A stretch of DNA of 64,000 nucleotides from Catajapyx aquilonaris. Taxonomy: Eukaryota. Below the pieces are notes generated by a model that saw only the letters and a program-made list of their open reading frames with translations, made no database searches and was not told where the DNA came from. The position numbers and the translations under genes are program-made. The stretch spans positions 124,001-188,000 of the forward strand of contig KZ537960.1 in assembly GCA_000934665.2 (NCBI GenBank). The letters are read 5' to 3'. Shown piece after piece: positions 11,986 through 24,603 of this stretch. The stretch's first letter is position 1, and every line of letters starts with the position of its first letter.

Positions 11986-14513
11986 TTAAAAAATCATGCT
12001 GTAATCTCCCCACTCCTCAGCTTGGTCCTCTACTGGTCTGTAAGAAATGTCTAGGTCAAGGTTGCAGTCCTGCACCCGCTGCATGATGAGATCAATTTCT
12101 ATATCCTCAATTCCTGGATGTGACAGGAAAGCCAGTTCTCTTAATAGTGGACACTTCTCCAAGAAGTGCCACAGGTTGTTACGCGAGAGGAGAAGGCCGC
12201 TGTTAAATTTTGCTGATGTCAGATTGACCATGGGATTACTCCAACTGAGCTTCTCAAGTGTCCTTCCAATGAACAGGTCCTCTGAGGTAATGTTCTTCAG
12301 TCGCAGTTTTGATATGTTGGGGGCTCTCTTGAGCACCATTGGCAGAACTATGTAGGGGTCCCAGTCATAGCCCACTATCGAGAGATTCGTCAAGAAGGGC
12401 CAAGATACATCAGAGACATATCCCTCATGACGGATGGCTTCTGAACTATTTGGTGGAAAAAAAGGCTTTAGAACATGGTCCTGAAAGTATTCTCGGCAAT
12501 CCAACAGTATATGACTGTTTGTATGCTTGCAGTCCATGGCCCATTTGTATTCAAGTTCTGCAATTTATTGAATAGGCTTTCATTTTGCTATGAATGTGTT
12601 CTCAAATATGTGTAGACACAGCAGTACTATTTGACTTCAAATCAACTATTACTCCATTACTGCAGTATATCAATAACAGGAAACCTACAGTATGTGATTT
12701 GTTCTCACCCAAGGTGCTCCAATTCGAGTGACACAATGCCCGGACAGAAGGAGGCTATTAGTGTGATGGCAACAGAGTCGATGGGTTCACTGGGGCTAAA
12801 GAACAGAGCCCTAATGGTGGGTCCCATACGTTGCAAAGCCCGCAAGGTGGGTCCTGCCACTGGTATGTTCCTCAGTACTAGCTCTGGAAATGGAGGGTTG
12901 AGGTCGGCCAGTCTCTCCAAGGCGTTCAAGGTGATGCCTGAGTCCCCATCTGCAGATTGGACTAGCTCCAGACGTTGGATGTAAGGGCACGTCAGTATGA
13001 TGTTCTCAATGTTCATTGGTTGCGGATCACAGTCCCACATTTGCGTTAATTTGAACAAGTGTCCTGACTGCCAGGGGAAGAGAGCGAGGAATAAGTATAT
13101 GATCATAGCTGTTTCCTGTGCTACTCATTACAGAGGAAACTCCATATGGCTGGACAGTTACTTCTAGCATATAAGTGAAAGAAACAAACCAGCCTGTCCC
13201 AATTACGAGTGATGAGGCCCCCAAGTGCTGTGTATGGAAAGTAGACCAGGTTTGGTAGTCCAAGGAGGTAATGTAAAGGAACCCTCTCATCATCTAGCAC
13301 ATGGCAGCTGGTTGATTGCTCGCAGGACTTGACAATGATCTTCTTCAGCTTCTGGCACTTGGTAAGTTTGATCAAGCCCTTGGAGGTCAGCACTGTTGAA
13401 CATTGACACAACTTTCCAACAACACAAGTCTCTGGGATGGCGGACACCATTGTGAGTTCCTCCAGCAGCTTGCAGTTCTTGGCCACTACCCGTATCACAG
13501 GGTCACATGCTGCGTAGGTGAGGTCAAGAGCAGTCAAACCTGACAAGATGGTGAACTGCATGGACCAAAAGGGATCATAGATGGGCAGCTGGCACTCCTC
13601 TGGGCTGTTCAGGTCCACAGTGAACTTGGTCAGGTTTGGATGCATCAGGATTGCCAACTTGATACGCACATCCCTTACCAAGGTCATGTCCAGGTCCTCA
13701 TCGCAGAAGCGGCGGGCATCGCAGAGATCATCGACCACCTTGTCTGGAGTTGGACACAACAAATGCAGCATGTCTGAAGGCTGTGGCACATACACAAACC
13801 AGAATTTCACATTCTAGTCAAAGTGTGCCAGTATTACATAGCCAGTAATCCATTTCCCAACCTGGGAGTCAATTGGGAACACTTGTGACGTTAGGTAGTG
13901 GTGCCCCCTCGTGCAACCCCTATTCAATCTAAGTCATTGTTACAGGATACTACAAAGCATTTTCCTTGAAATGCAACATAAAACTTGCATGAAATGAGTA
14001 CATGACAATAGGACAAATAGGTAGATATAGGGAAACAATCCTAGCATTTTAATTTGACATAACCTCAAAAATATCTCTTATGGTTATATGACTTGTTATC
14101 CATATTTTCCTCTGAATTCACATGAGAAAGAAGGGGAGTGGGGCAACCTGCCTTATGTGCTCCTGCGTGGCTAGTACTTGGAAGGTACACTCAGGAAAAG
14201 GATTAGTAACCTGATGCAGGAGAGGTCACAAAATTTTCACTAATAAAGACGCGAGCTCAATTCTGAAAGACAGTACTACCAAGCTTTTGAGAGGTTCTTT
14301 CAAAATTAAACCTCTATTACTGCCAGTAAATTACAACTTACTTGTTGCATCCCTCAGCAGCAGCTCACTGACGTAGGCTGTGTTGATCTGGCACTTGACA
14401 TTGTTGTATGAGCCATAAGCTACCTGCAAATTGTGGCTGGATATGTCCACAACGGTTATAATTGTTTCTAGGCACATCTGGTATAGCCTCGGAGGTGATT
14501 TGTATGGTGGCAT
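11986..14513 (-). CDS. Uncharacterised leucine-rich-repeat (RNI-like) protein with an N-terminal BC-box-like motif
   Basis: Exon 14513-14342 (MPPYKSPPRLYQMCLETII) splices phase 1 to 13773. ORFs 13121..13810, 12705..13106 and 11986..12537 carry LRR-like units (LSGLTALDL, CKLLEELTM, CQKLKKIIV, APNISKLRL, CPLLRELAF). The junction near 12.6-12.7 kb is not resolved. Confidence 0.72.
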
Positions 14514-14934
14514 GGTTTGCCAGTCGATAGGCCAGGGGCTTCCAAATAATTAATTTTTCTTGGTCCTAGATTTTGGTTTTAGATGTCTCTTTCTTACCCA
14601 TGTGTGCAGTTGTCACATTGAAGTGCTACTTGAAACTCGGATGATTTTCAATCCAGCCCGAGGCTCCACAGGTCCATGGGTCAGGATTTAAGGGTGCAGA
14701 GAATCATGGTGGATATTTTTCTCACTTCTCCCTTTTTTTTAATTAGCAGTCACACGGTAATACTACAGGAGCCACCCCCTCACATATTGTGTCAAGTAAG
14801 GGTGAGGGGGAGGGGGTAAACACAGTGTGACTTAACTCTCTTCCAGAAAAGAAGATCGACAGAAAATTTTCAGGTCGCAAGGCTGAATTGAGCTGTTTAC
14901 CTAAACTTTACGTTGCTAAGTAGCTGTTGATACT

Positions 14935-16719
14935 TCAAATGTCTGGAAAACAATAAAAAGAGGAAATTAGAAAATATACAGCTGCAAAACAGTCTGGGGG
15001 GGATCCCAATTCCAAGCCAGCTAATATAACAACTTGTAAATGTGACTAATCTTCCAATCGCAGCTATCAACTCATTGCTACATATTTTAACAATTCTCAT
15101 GGAAGCAGCACAAGACAAAACCAGGCTATGATTAAATTACGATGGCATTATTACTTCATCCTACAGTAGAACTCAAAGCTGTTATAACAGATTCCATCTC
15201 GTAACTACCTTCTCCTTTTTCAATCTTGAAGAGATCTTATTTAGAAAACAACATTTTGAACCTTATGAGAGTAAATGCATTTATCATATCTGATATTATC
15301 TCCACAACATGTACAAACATCCTTACATGGCAATTACGAGGAAAAACTTATACGTACTATTTGCCCTCTTGCACTCCCTGATGGCCTCGTTGAATCCCTC
15401 GCACAGGCTGAGGTCACCCTGGTTCTGGGCGCAGCTCAAGAACTGCTGGATCTCCCAGGCACAGGGACCACCTGCCTGTTGGCCCTGAGCTGTCTGGGAT
15501 GCTGGTGCAGCTGCTGCAGGTTCAGCTACCTCAGAGGAACCTCCACCAAAACCACCAGTCAGTGCATGACCAATGGTGTGGCCCTGGTGAATCAAACATG
15601 ATTGGTTCAATCTACAGTATCAGTCAGACCAGCCCCCTGGTTCTGCCAGCCTAGCCCTGTGTTGACAGTAGTTTAATATAAAAGTTTCTGCCAGATGGGA
15701 AATTTGGCGCTGGCACGCCCCCACAAAAATCTACTGGGGGGGGTCATTCGGGTTGGCCGCCTTCTGAACCAACCCAAACCGTAATTTCCTCGGAGGGTGT
15801 TCGCACACGAGGATTCGGATGGCTGGCAGCGGTCGATTCCTGTGGGGGCGCGTAAGCGCCAAATTCTTCGTCTTGCGGAGACTTTTATATCAAAGTACCG
15901 TATCGTATGAGTGACAGGGAGCTGAGTTGGACTTGTCGACATATCACCGTGAGTAACAAAAACTTCGGCATCATTATGTCCTGCATGTTAGTGCATAAGG
16001 CTACGTACCACAGCCGAGCCAATGGCAACTCCTCCAGCAGTGGCAGCCATCTGGCCCATGAGGCCAGGCCCCTGGGGCTGCTGCATCATGGGAGCTGGAG
16101 GGTGGGCTGGAGGAGCATGGGCAGGGGGTGAAGGTCGTGGAGCTACCCTTGCAGGAACACTCCTGTAATAGTAAAAATTATTAAAAACCTAAAGAAAGTA
16201 ACGGTAATCATTATCCGATGTGGCTTATCCACATTTACTGCCATCAACAGTTCATAAGGTACACCTCCACTTATCTCAAAACAAAATGTATCTCAAGTTG
16301 ACGCCAAGCAGATTTGCTGTGACTTTGTCTTTGGACATTTTGATGCACCTTACGCCAAATAGTTACCTCTACATTAAATTGGTGCAATATGCATACAGGC
16401 TACAGTCAACAAGCACGGTGTTCAGTTACATAACAAGTTGCAATATATCTATGCTTTCATTTGCATAATTGTAATTCATTACTGCTTGTACCCTACTTAA
16501 TCCCAAGCAATACCTTGGCCAACAAATGAAATTAAATACATCACCATGCCAAATGCTCATTGCACAACAATTCATTCCTCATTGCATCAGTCACTTGCCC
16601 AACAAAGTTTTGGTACGAGGCAAATCACAAATGCACCGAACACTGCCAAAAGGGTCCAGTACCCATCTGGGTACCATACCATACCTGACGGGGCTGGCTG
16701 CTCGTCCTCTACGCGGCAT
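14935..16719 (-). CDS. CHCHD2: CHCHD2/CHCHD10-family mitochondrial twin CX9C protein
   Basis: Exons 16719-16685 ([12 protein letters not shown]), 16162-16009 ([19 protein letters not shown]), 15583-15358 ([10 protein letters not shown]...[11 protein letters not shown]...[11 protein letters not shown]) and a probable terminal exon 14942-14935 (N-I-stop). Confidence 0.93.
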
Positions 16720-16859
16720 ATTTGGCTATCCTCTTCCGAAGACGACAGTACAAAACTTCTGCAAATGGAAACAAGACGTAGTAAGCTACTAGCTCGGATT
16801 GCAACACACCGAACACAATTTCCGACCGCACACGAATGTCCTGCGGTATGAGAAACACG

Positions 16860-17523
16860 AAATAAGTACTCACGATTTGGTATCCGGACGGGTTCTACAG
16901 ATTCTAGAAAAGTCCCGTGGGCCTATGGCCAATAGGCTGGGAAGGATGGGGTGACGTAGGGTGACGTCGACGGTCGCGTGCGCCCAATGACGGTGTGAAA
17001 ATAGCGCACGTTCTAAGTTGGCAGGGTGGCCAACAGGAGGCGGTGGCGGTGTTTACAGATTTTGAGGACAGATGGCGGGATATCACGCAGCTTGTCATTA
17101 ACAAGGAAAATAACATTCATTGCAATTAATTAATGGTAACTGTAATTAAGAAATGAATTGCAGGTCCGGTATTTCTTCGGGTGTTGTTGAGGCAATGAAT
17201 GGCACGAATGACTTCCGGGGGCAGCTGACGTCACTTTCACCTGACAGGTGCTTAGGGCGTGCCGAAGACGATAAGCATTTGGCATATCGTTGTCTACCGG
17301 CTGGTCTTCGCAGTTGCAACGGGTGCTGCGTGGTTGGGAACCGGTGAGTGGCAGTGGTGCACGTGCAAGGGACGAGTGGGCAGAGGAGGAGCGCATCTGG
17401 ATTAATCAAGGTCAGCAATGTTGTGCCAGAAAAGGGCGCCCTTTTAAATGGTGATGCAGACGTGCGATGACTCCCCGCTCATTGTGTATGCTCTAGGATC
17501 AGGTGTAAGGACGAGCTTGGAAG
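16860..17523. promoter_or_regulatory. CpG-rich bidirectional promoter between CHCHD2 and rhomboid
   Basis: Divergent ATGs are about 800 bp apart in a CpG-rich stretch. CCAAT boxes near 16929 and 16984, ETS-like ACTTCCGG at 17211 and CRE TGACGTCA at 17226. Confidence 0.6.
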
Positions 17524-20500
17524 ATGCCGCAGTACCAGGAGACACAGCAGCATGAGCAACAGCAGCAAGTCAGCATCAACATGGAGGAGCTGGCTAGGGT
17601 CAGTCCATATGATTTGACCTTGCTAGTCTTTTTATCATTGGCATGTGTGCTGATGTGTGCTGATGTGTGCTGATGTGTGACTTGGTTGAGACTGGACATT
17701 GACGCCATTTTTAATGGCCAGCCTTCTGAAGTGAGTCACTACATATGATGAATTACAACTTGTGTCCCATGCGACAATAACAGTGTTGTGCTGTTATTAA
17801 GTTCATAAATGTCAAAAGTAGCTGTGTGGGCTAAATGGACATTAAAACAAAATGCTCAAATTGTAGGGGATGACACATCGTCTGGGGTTCAGATTATTTC
17901 ATGTATGTGTTTAGCAACTACCGTCTGGTTTACCTCCATGCTGATGTCGTCTGCACCAAGCTGTCCCACATCGCCATATCACCATGACAAAATGATGAGA
18001 TATGTAGGAATATATGGGGTTGCAAGAAGTGTTGAGAAGTTAACTAAGTTAGTTTGTAAGTGGTGTGAGGATCACATTTCTCAAATTGTTTTTTATGATT
18101 CCAGGAGTGGCGGCCCATCTTTAACAGAGTGAGTATCAGTCTGAATAAATAATTAAGCCTAAAGGAAGACCATATACATGCTTAATCATATTTTGGGCAA
18201 AAGACATGTCATTTTTATTTGTAGAAGATTAATTTAATATTAACAGATCTAAGGTGATTTTTATTACGTCATATTGGACAGATCCTAAAGAGCATATGTG
18301 CCAACGGCAATATTGATAAAAGTTTGTAATGAAAAGCTTGACACGAGTGATTGGCATGCAAGCTGGGGAGTAATACTAATCTGACTAATGAAGTGCCTAT
18401 TGAATAATGCAATCTGTATTTTTAAAGAAGTAGCATTTGTTGTTCATGTGAATAATAGATAATGCATGTTTCTATTCCTTGTTAAAGGTCATGGTACTGT
18501 TGGTGAACCATAGGGGATTAATTAATTAATGACCATGAGATTTCCTTCATATACATTCTGTGCATGATCCTGGTTAATTGAAATCATAGCCTCCATAAGT
18601 AAGTGATCTATTAGGCAATAATTTGCTATTGCCAGGAGAAAGAATAGTAAAAGTCTTGAGAACTTGAAATCAGGGCATGCAGAGGTAAGATAGGCACATT
18701 GTCATCCACTAAACAATTACCAAGTTCCTCTAGGCTAGGGCCTAGGCAGTTGTTATTTCACTTAAAGGTGAAAGCAGTTACTATAACATTTAGTACTTAT
18801 ATTTTCAACAGTTTGACAGAGACAGAGATGGTGTGATTCCACTGGATGAATTCCGAGATATGCTGCATTATGCTGACTACGAAAAACAACTGCCAATTGA
18901 AGTTGTTGATGAAATACTGGAGTGGGCAGATGCAGATCACAATGGGAAGATCGACTTTAATGAGTTCCTCCACATGGTACACCTGCTTCACAATGCTCAT
19001 TATAGTTTGATAGCATGGAATTTTTTAAAATTCAATTTGAAATACTTTACAGGTCAAAGCACATGAGTTTTCTGCTCGTCGTCCAATGTTCAATAAATTC
19101 TTGGCCTTTGCTGCTTATGTTGCTGTTCCACGTAGTCAGAGAAGGCGCACAATACGTCGATATATTCAAGAATACAGTTGCAAACCTCCTCCACTTTTCA
19201 TCATAGGAATCAGCATTGTTGAAGTAGGTACAGCCTTGATTTAGAATCTGAGTCTGTGAGAAAGGCATATACCTTTCAAAAATGTGTTTTACCAGCTTGC
19301 AGTATTCATCTACTATGCTGCAACTATTGACCCAGGCAAGGGCTGGGACATTTCTGGTCCAGTTCCGGTTAATTCTCCTCTTATCTACAATCCATATAGA
19401 AGATATGAAGCATGGCGGTTCCTCACGTATATGCTCATACATGCTGGGTGAGTTCAAGTACTTTCTATGGGAAGGTGAATTTAATATAACATGATAGCAG
19501 TACTTTATCAGTAGCGTGAAAAGTGTGATTGGAAGCCAGTGAGTCGTAGAGGAATAAGGGCTCATCATGCTGCCCTTCATTCAATTGAGGATGTCATTGG
19601 AACCTTCACTTCATTCACCTACTTTTTGCAGTGTTGTCAAATTGGGATGTTCATTACAAAAGACGATACATGATCACTTCTTGGGGTGTCAAATGGTTGC
19701 AGCCTGCTGAGCAACATCTTCAGGCAACCAAAATAAAAAAAATAAATTATTCTAATGATGACCCCCCCCCCCCAAAGAAAATGGCCTTGACGTGATATAG
19801 CCATGTGAAGCAGAACTGAACTCATCGAATGACCGTATAATAATTTATTTGTAAAAATTCAGTGAATAATGTGAAGTGCATGTGGTTGTAATCCTGGAAT
19901 TTAGCTACAAACCAGAACACAGCAATAAGTGACCAGGTATTTTGCAAAATAGTCCATGTATGATGTGTTTCATAAAATATTTTCTAATCTGCGCACTTTG
20001 CATGTGGCCTGACATTTTCCATCTGGTTATGCTGCTCTTTAGGGTCTACCACATAATATTCAACCTCCTGGTACAGCTGTCACTGGGAATCCCACTTGAG
20101 ATGGTGCACCACTGGTGGCGCATCATGATAGTGTACTTCTGTGGTGTCATCGCTGGCTCACTGGGTACTTCCGTAGCTGATCCGGGAGTGTTCCTGGCTG
20201 GAGCTTCGGCTGGGGCTTATGCTTTGATAACTGCTCACTTGGCCAATGTTATCTTGGTCAGTTCTGACAAATGTTATTTTTGCATGTATGATTTGTGGTT
20301 TTAGTTGATATAAGGCTTCATATCACTAATGCTATTCTCTTGGGACTGGTTGCACATCAACCAAGGGTGTTGATGTTATCAATTATTGTTGGTAGCAATT
20401 AATTAGTAAGTGACAACATCCATTAACAGTGGTGGGCGATATTTGAAGTGGTGTAACTAAAAAATAATAAAATTAATACCGGCTTTTTAAAAACCACAAC

Positions 20501-21527
20501 CATATGGTTGGACATAAAATTGGTGTGCAAGTTTTGAAAGCTCTCTAAATATACTGACGTGTGAAAGTATAAATGTGTAATGGTCAAGATGTATTAGTTT
20601 CTCTCATGGGAATGTTTATGAAGCTGCTTTCTTTTGCCATAATATTTTTCTCATGATAGCATTCTTGGATGAGGCACCTGACATGGTAATTTGGAGCAGG
20701 ATTAATAATTTAAGATTTGCATGTGTGTATCAGATGTGTAATTTGTAATAGTAGGCTTATTTATTTCCCCTTATCTGTTGCTATTCTTGGTAATTACCAA
20801 GTAGTGAATTCTAGACACTATACGAGACCCTGATCTTGGTTCGTGATATCCGGAGTGAATGTAAAGTTGCAGACAAAAAGTAGGCACATAGTTGCTAATA
20901 TAGACACCAAAAGTAATCTGAAAACCCCCTTAGAGCCAGTTGCGCCAAATATCACAGCAGAGCGCACACGTGATGATTTGAAGCAAATGTTGTACATAAT
21001 ATTCTTGCATTTTGTTAAACATGTGATTTTAAATGTAGTACCGTAGAGTTTCTCAGCCACCTGGCATTTTGTGCCTCAGTTTAGTGACTGCACATGACGT
21101 ACGTTAACAACCATATGAATCAATTTTTCAGAACTGGAATGAGATGGATTTTGCCCCCTTTCGACTTGCTGCTATCTTGATCATCACTGGGTCTGACTTG
21201 ACTGTTGCCATTTATTCACGTTATGTAAAGAGAGACGAGGACAACAAGGTAAAGCTATTGACACGGTGAAGGTTCAGCTGTTTGATGCAAATTTAATGGC
21301 TGTTTGAACATTTACAGACTGGATATGCTGCTCACTTAGGAGGAGCTGTTGCAGGACTCCTCATTGGAATTAATGTCCTGCGTAACTTGAAGACATACAA
21401 GTTTGAGACGATCATTTGGTGGACAAGTCTGGCCATATTTTGCCTCTTGGCACTTGCATGCATCATTTGGAATGCTGCCTTCCCCAACTATTTTCCCTCT
21501 TCACATTATGGTGCCCCTACATATTGA
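17524..21527 (+). CDS. Rhomboid intramembrane serine protease with N-terminal EF-hands (rhomboid-4/RHBDL-type)
   Basis: Eight exons, about 17524-17598, 18105-18128, 18812-18976, 19053-19223, 19296-19447, 20043-20256, 21132-21248 and 21318-21527. EF-hand loops DRDRDGVIPLDE and DADHNGKIDFNE, WR motif (EAWRFLTYMLIHAG), catalytic Ser in GASAG and His in YAAHLGG. Confidence 0.92.
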
Positions 21528-23200
21528 GGTCAGAACATTGGCACTTAATCTTATCTGATGTTAATATTGACATGATAAGGTGTATTAAGTCATCATTCAA
21601 GGAGTAATCAAGAAGACATTTTTTGTAAGTCAATAATCTGGAGCCAGATGACCTTCATATTGTACATTTTACTTCCTATATTTGCTAAGCTATTAATAAT
21701 ACCTTTGCCTTCATGATAACAAAAAAAAAAACCAAAAGCTGAACAGGCAATGCCGTCCAAGTTAACGTTAATTGAAGCATAGGCTACCAATAATATTTCA
21801 CTGTAGAAAGACACCCTGGAGTGACTTTATCCATTCCTGAATGACATGTGCCTGCTTTCAATGTGGCAGCTGCAACTTTCGCAAGCAATAATTCTGATAA
21901 GCAAGCTCTGGGGCCTCTGGGGCCATTCATAAAACAAACCTTATTGTCATTACTTTGAGTGGGGGAATTAGCTCTCATTCTCACCCACATGAATCATACT
22001 GAGGAAATTCCTGTACCATCAAGAGGTAGTGTTAATGCTTGATGCCCCAGCTCTCACAAAAATGTATGCTTCCCATTCACTCCCAAAATACTGACAGTTG
22101 TGAATATTTAGCTTTGACAAATAACTGGGGTGTAATGATGTCTGTGAGGAATGTTCAGTTTTATAAAAGTTGCTGAGTGTTCACCTCTTTGAGTGTGAAC
22201 CTTGACATCCCTGTGTGATATGTTTACGGATGGTCATGCAAACGTGAGTGTAACTTAGATAAACTGGGTGTCCCAAAAGCCTGCTAGCATCTCTACAAAT
22301 GTAAACATTGCATTCTGCTCATTTATTATCTGGCTGGCATATAGGGGTGAATATCCTATCGAAAGAGGTGAATATTCACTCCAATAGTGTCCAAACGGCA
22401 AACCCAATCGTGCTACTCAGATGTGTGGCCAGTTGGTCATTGAGCAGTCTGACTTCTGTACCTGTAAGGATGTGATCTGACTTTTTGAACACCATATATT
22501 GTTAGAAAAGAGTACTTCTGTGCTCTCTAAAGATTATTGTTTAGTGGATATGTTTATTGCAAGCTTGTATGTTGTTAACAAATTAACTTTGTGGTTGTAA
22601 ATTGACTTAATTTTGTACCAGTATTGAACAAAGCTGCTATTTTTGTGTCGCAGCTATTGTTGCAGCTCCCCCCCCCCCCCCCNCCCCCCCCCCCAAAAAA
22701 AAAAGCATTTAAGACGCACAGTATTTATATGGCTTAGCAGCCAGAGTGTTGCATTGTTGACAACTGGAGGGCCTTGACAGTGACAAGACTGGTTGATTTT
22801 TTATTTCCCAAATGTCTGTACCAATGACAAATAAATTCCACAAGCTGTCTATAATATTCAAATCCTAAAGTGTGTGCAGCAACCTTCTGATTAGTCTGCC
22901 GCTTATTGTTGCCCCCACCGCTTCCTATTGGCCTCTGTCCATTGTTACTGTGACGTATTGTTACCATGACGCCTCCAATTGGCCCCAGTTCTGAGCATGC
23001 ACAATGGGTGGAAGAACGCCACAATCTCTTGCTGGACACATCTTTCCTGTGAACACCTCTCTACCCTTCCACCTCCTCCACCCACGTCACAGTGACCTGA
23101 CAACAGGGGCAGACAGGGGATAGGGGGAGAGGAGGGCGGGAGGAAGGAGTATTGGTCGAATGGAACATAAACAAACTGGATGGAAGAAGGCTCAGGTAAT

Positions 23201-23690
23201 GGGTTTCTCTCCGGAGAGAAGCCAAATCAGTTGATGTGTTTCTCTCCTGAGCGAAACACATCTGCTGAAACGGTTTCTCTCCGGAGAGAAGCACATCCGC
23301 CAATATGGTTTCGCTTCGGAGAGAAACCAGTTCAGCTGATGGGCTTCTCTCCGGAGAGAACCACATCAGCTGAAACGGCTTCTCCCCGGAGAGAAACCCA
23401 TTAGCATAATTGGCATCTCTCCGGTGAGGAGCACGTCAGTCGACAAGGCTCCTCTCCGGAGAGGAGCCAATTCAGTTGATGGGCTTCTCCCCGGAGCGAA
23501 ACCTTGTCTACTGACATGCTCCTCTCCGGAGAGATACCAATTATGTTAATGGGGTTTTCTCCGGGGAGAATCCATATCAATTGATGTGCTTCACTCCGGA
23601 GAGAAACCCATTAACTGATTTGACATCTCTCCGGAGAGAAGCCCATCAACGGATATAGCTCCTCTCCGGAGAGAAACACGTCAGCCGATA
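23201..23690. repeat. Tandem array of 14 x 35-bp palindromic units
   Basis: Each unit has a core close to GGTTTCTCTCCGGAGAGAAACC followed by a linker close to CATCAGCTGAT; the period is a constant 35 bp. Confidence 0.93.
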
Positions 23691-24340
23691 CGGAGTAATT
23701 CTATAGAATGGTTTCTCCCTTTTACCTGATGGTATTGCAATATTGCTTCTCTACACATTTAGAAATGGCCTATCAGTGCTATCACCCCTTGTGATATGCC
23801 AAGATTTCGACAACGCGTATAATGGACTGTTCCGTGGGGCTTAACGTCGGCCTAATGGAATGAATGAAAAATTGTTATTTCCTTCCAGTAGACCTGTCGT
23901 TTCCTCTATACATTCATGTCCCTGCTGGATCAAATCTTAAATTTAAAAAAAAATGATAATAATAATTTAGTTTTAAAGTTGCACTTCATCTGTCGAAAAA
24001 GGTGTAGAGTAGCACAAATCTGAAAACAAAGAATATTATGTAGGCTAGGTCAGGATGTTCTTTAGCAGTGGTTCCAACTCCAGGAACATTTACGAACAAA
24101 GTAAAATAATGCCAGTTTTTAAAACAAGACCTTTTCTGTCACCCCCACAGAGAGAGTTGGTAAGCAGGATTGGGCGCGATATTGAAGACTGAACCCGGGG
24201 ATAGGTCGAGAACGTCAAAAGAAAGTGTCGGGAAGAATGAAACCAGTGTTTTGATCATCTAATACTAACACTGCAGAGTTCCATGGACGTTTATAATAGA
24301 GGGGCGTTATGAGCAGTTAGAAAAATGAGATGTATAATTT

Positions 24341-24603
24341 ACATCCTGGGGTCAACAACATTGCCTGGACTGGAGACGATCAGCAACTAGCACCTTTGGG
24401 CAGGCTTTGGGTGAGATGTCGTCTTCCGTGGTGACTGCTGTTTACATCGCCCGTCGAACACATCAGTCTGAGGCTAGCTGGTTCTTGACTATTGACATCC
24501 TGGGTCAACACCATCGCCTGGAGACGATCGTCAACTAACACCTTTGGGCGAGATGTCATCTTCCACAGTGGTGACTGCTGTTTACATCGCCCGTCGAACA
24601 CAC
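24341..24603. repeat. Imperfect tandem duplication (two copies of about 110-125 bp)
   Basis: ACATCCTGGG...GGAGACGATC...GGTGACTGCTGTTTACATCGCCCGTCGAACACA occurs at about 24341-24461 and 24496-24602. Confidence 0.85.

Noticed and set aside
22667..22704. Poly-C/poly-A tract as a functional element
   Set aside because: It contains an N, so the homopolymer length is uncertain and nothing further can be supported.
23201..23690. A true CRISPR array
   Set aside because: The context is eukaryotic, there are no cas genes, the linkers are only about 13 bp and related to each other, and the repeats are degenerate.
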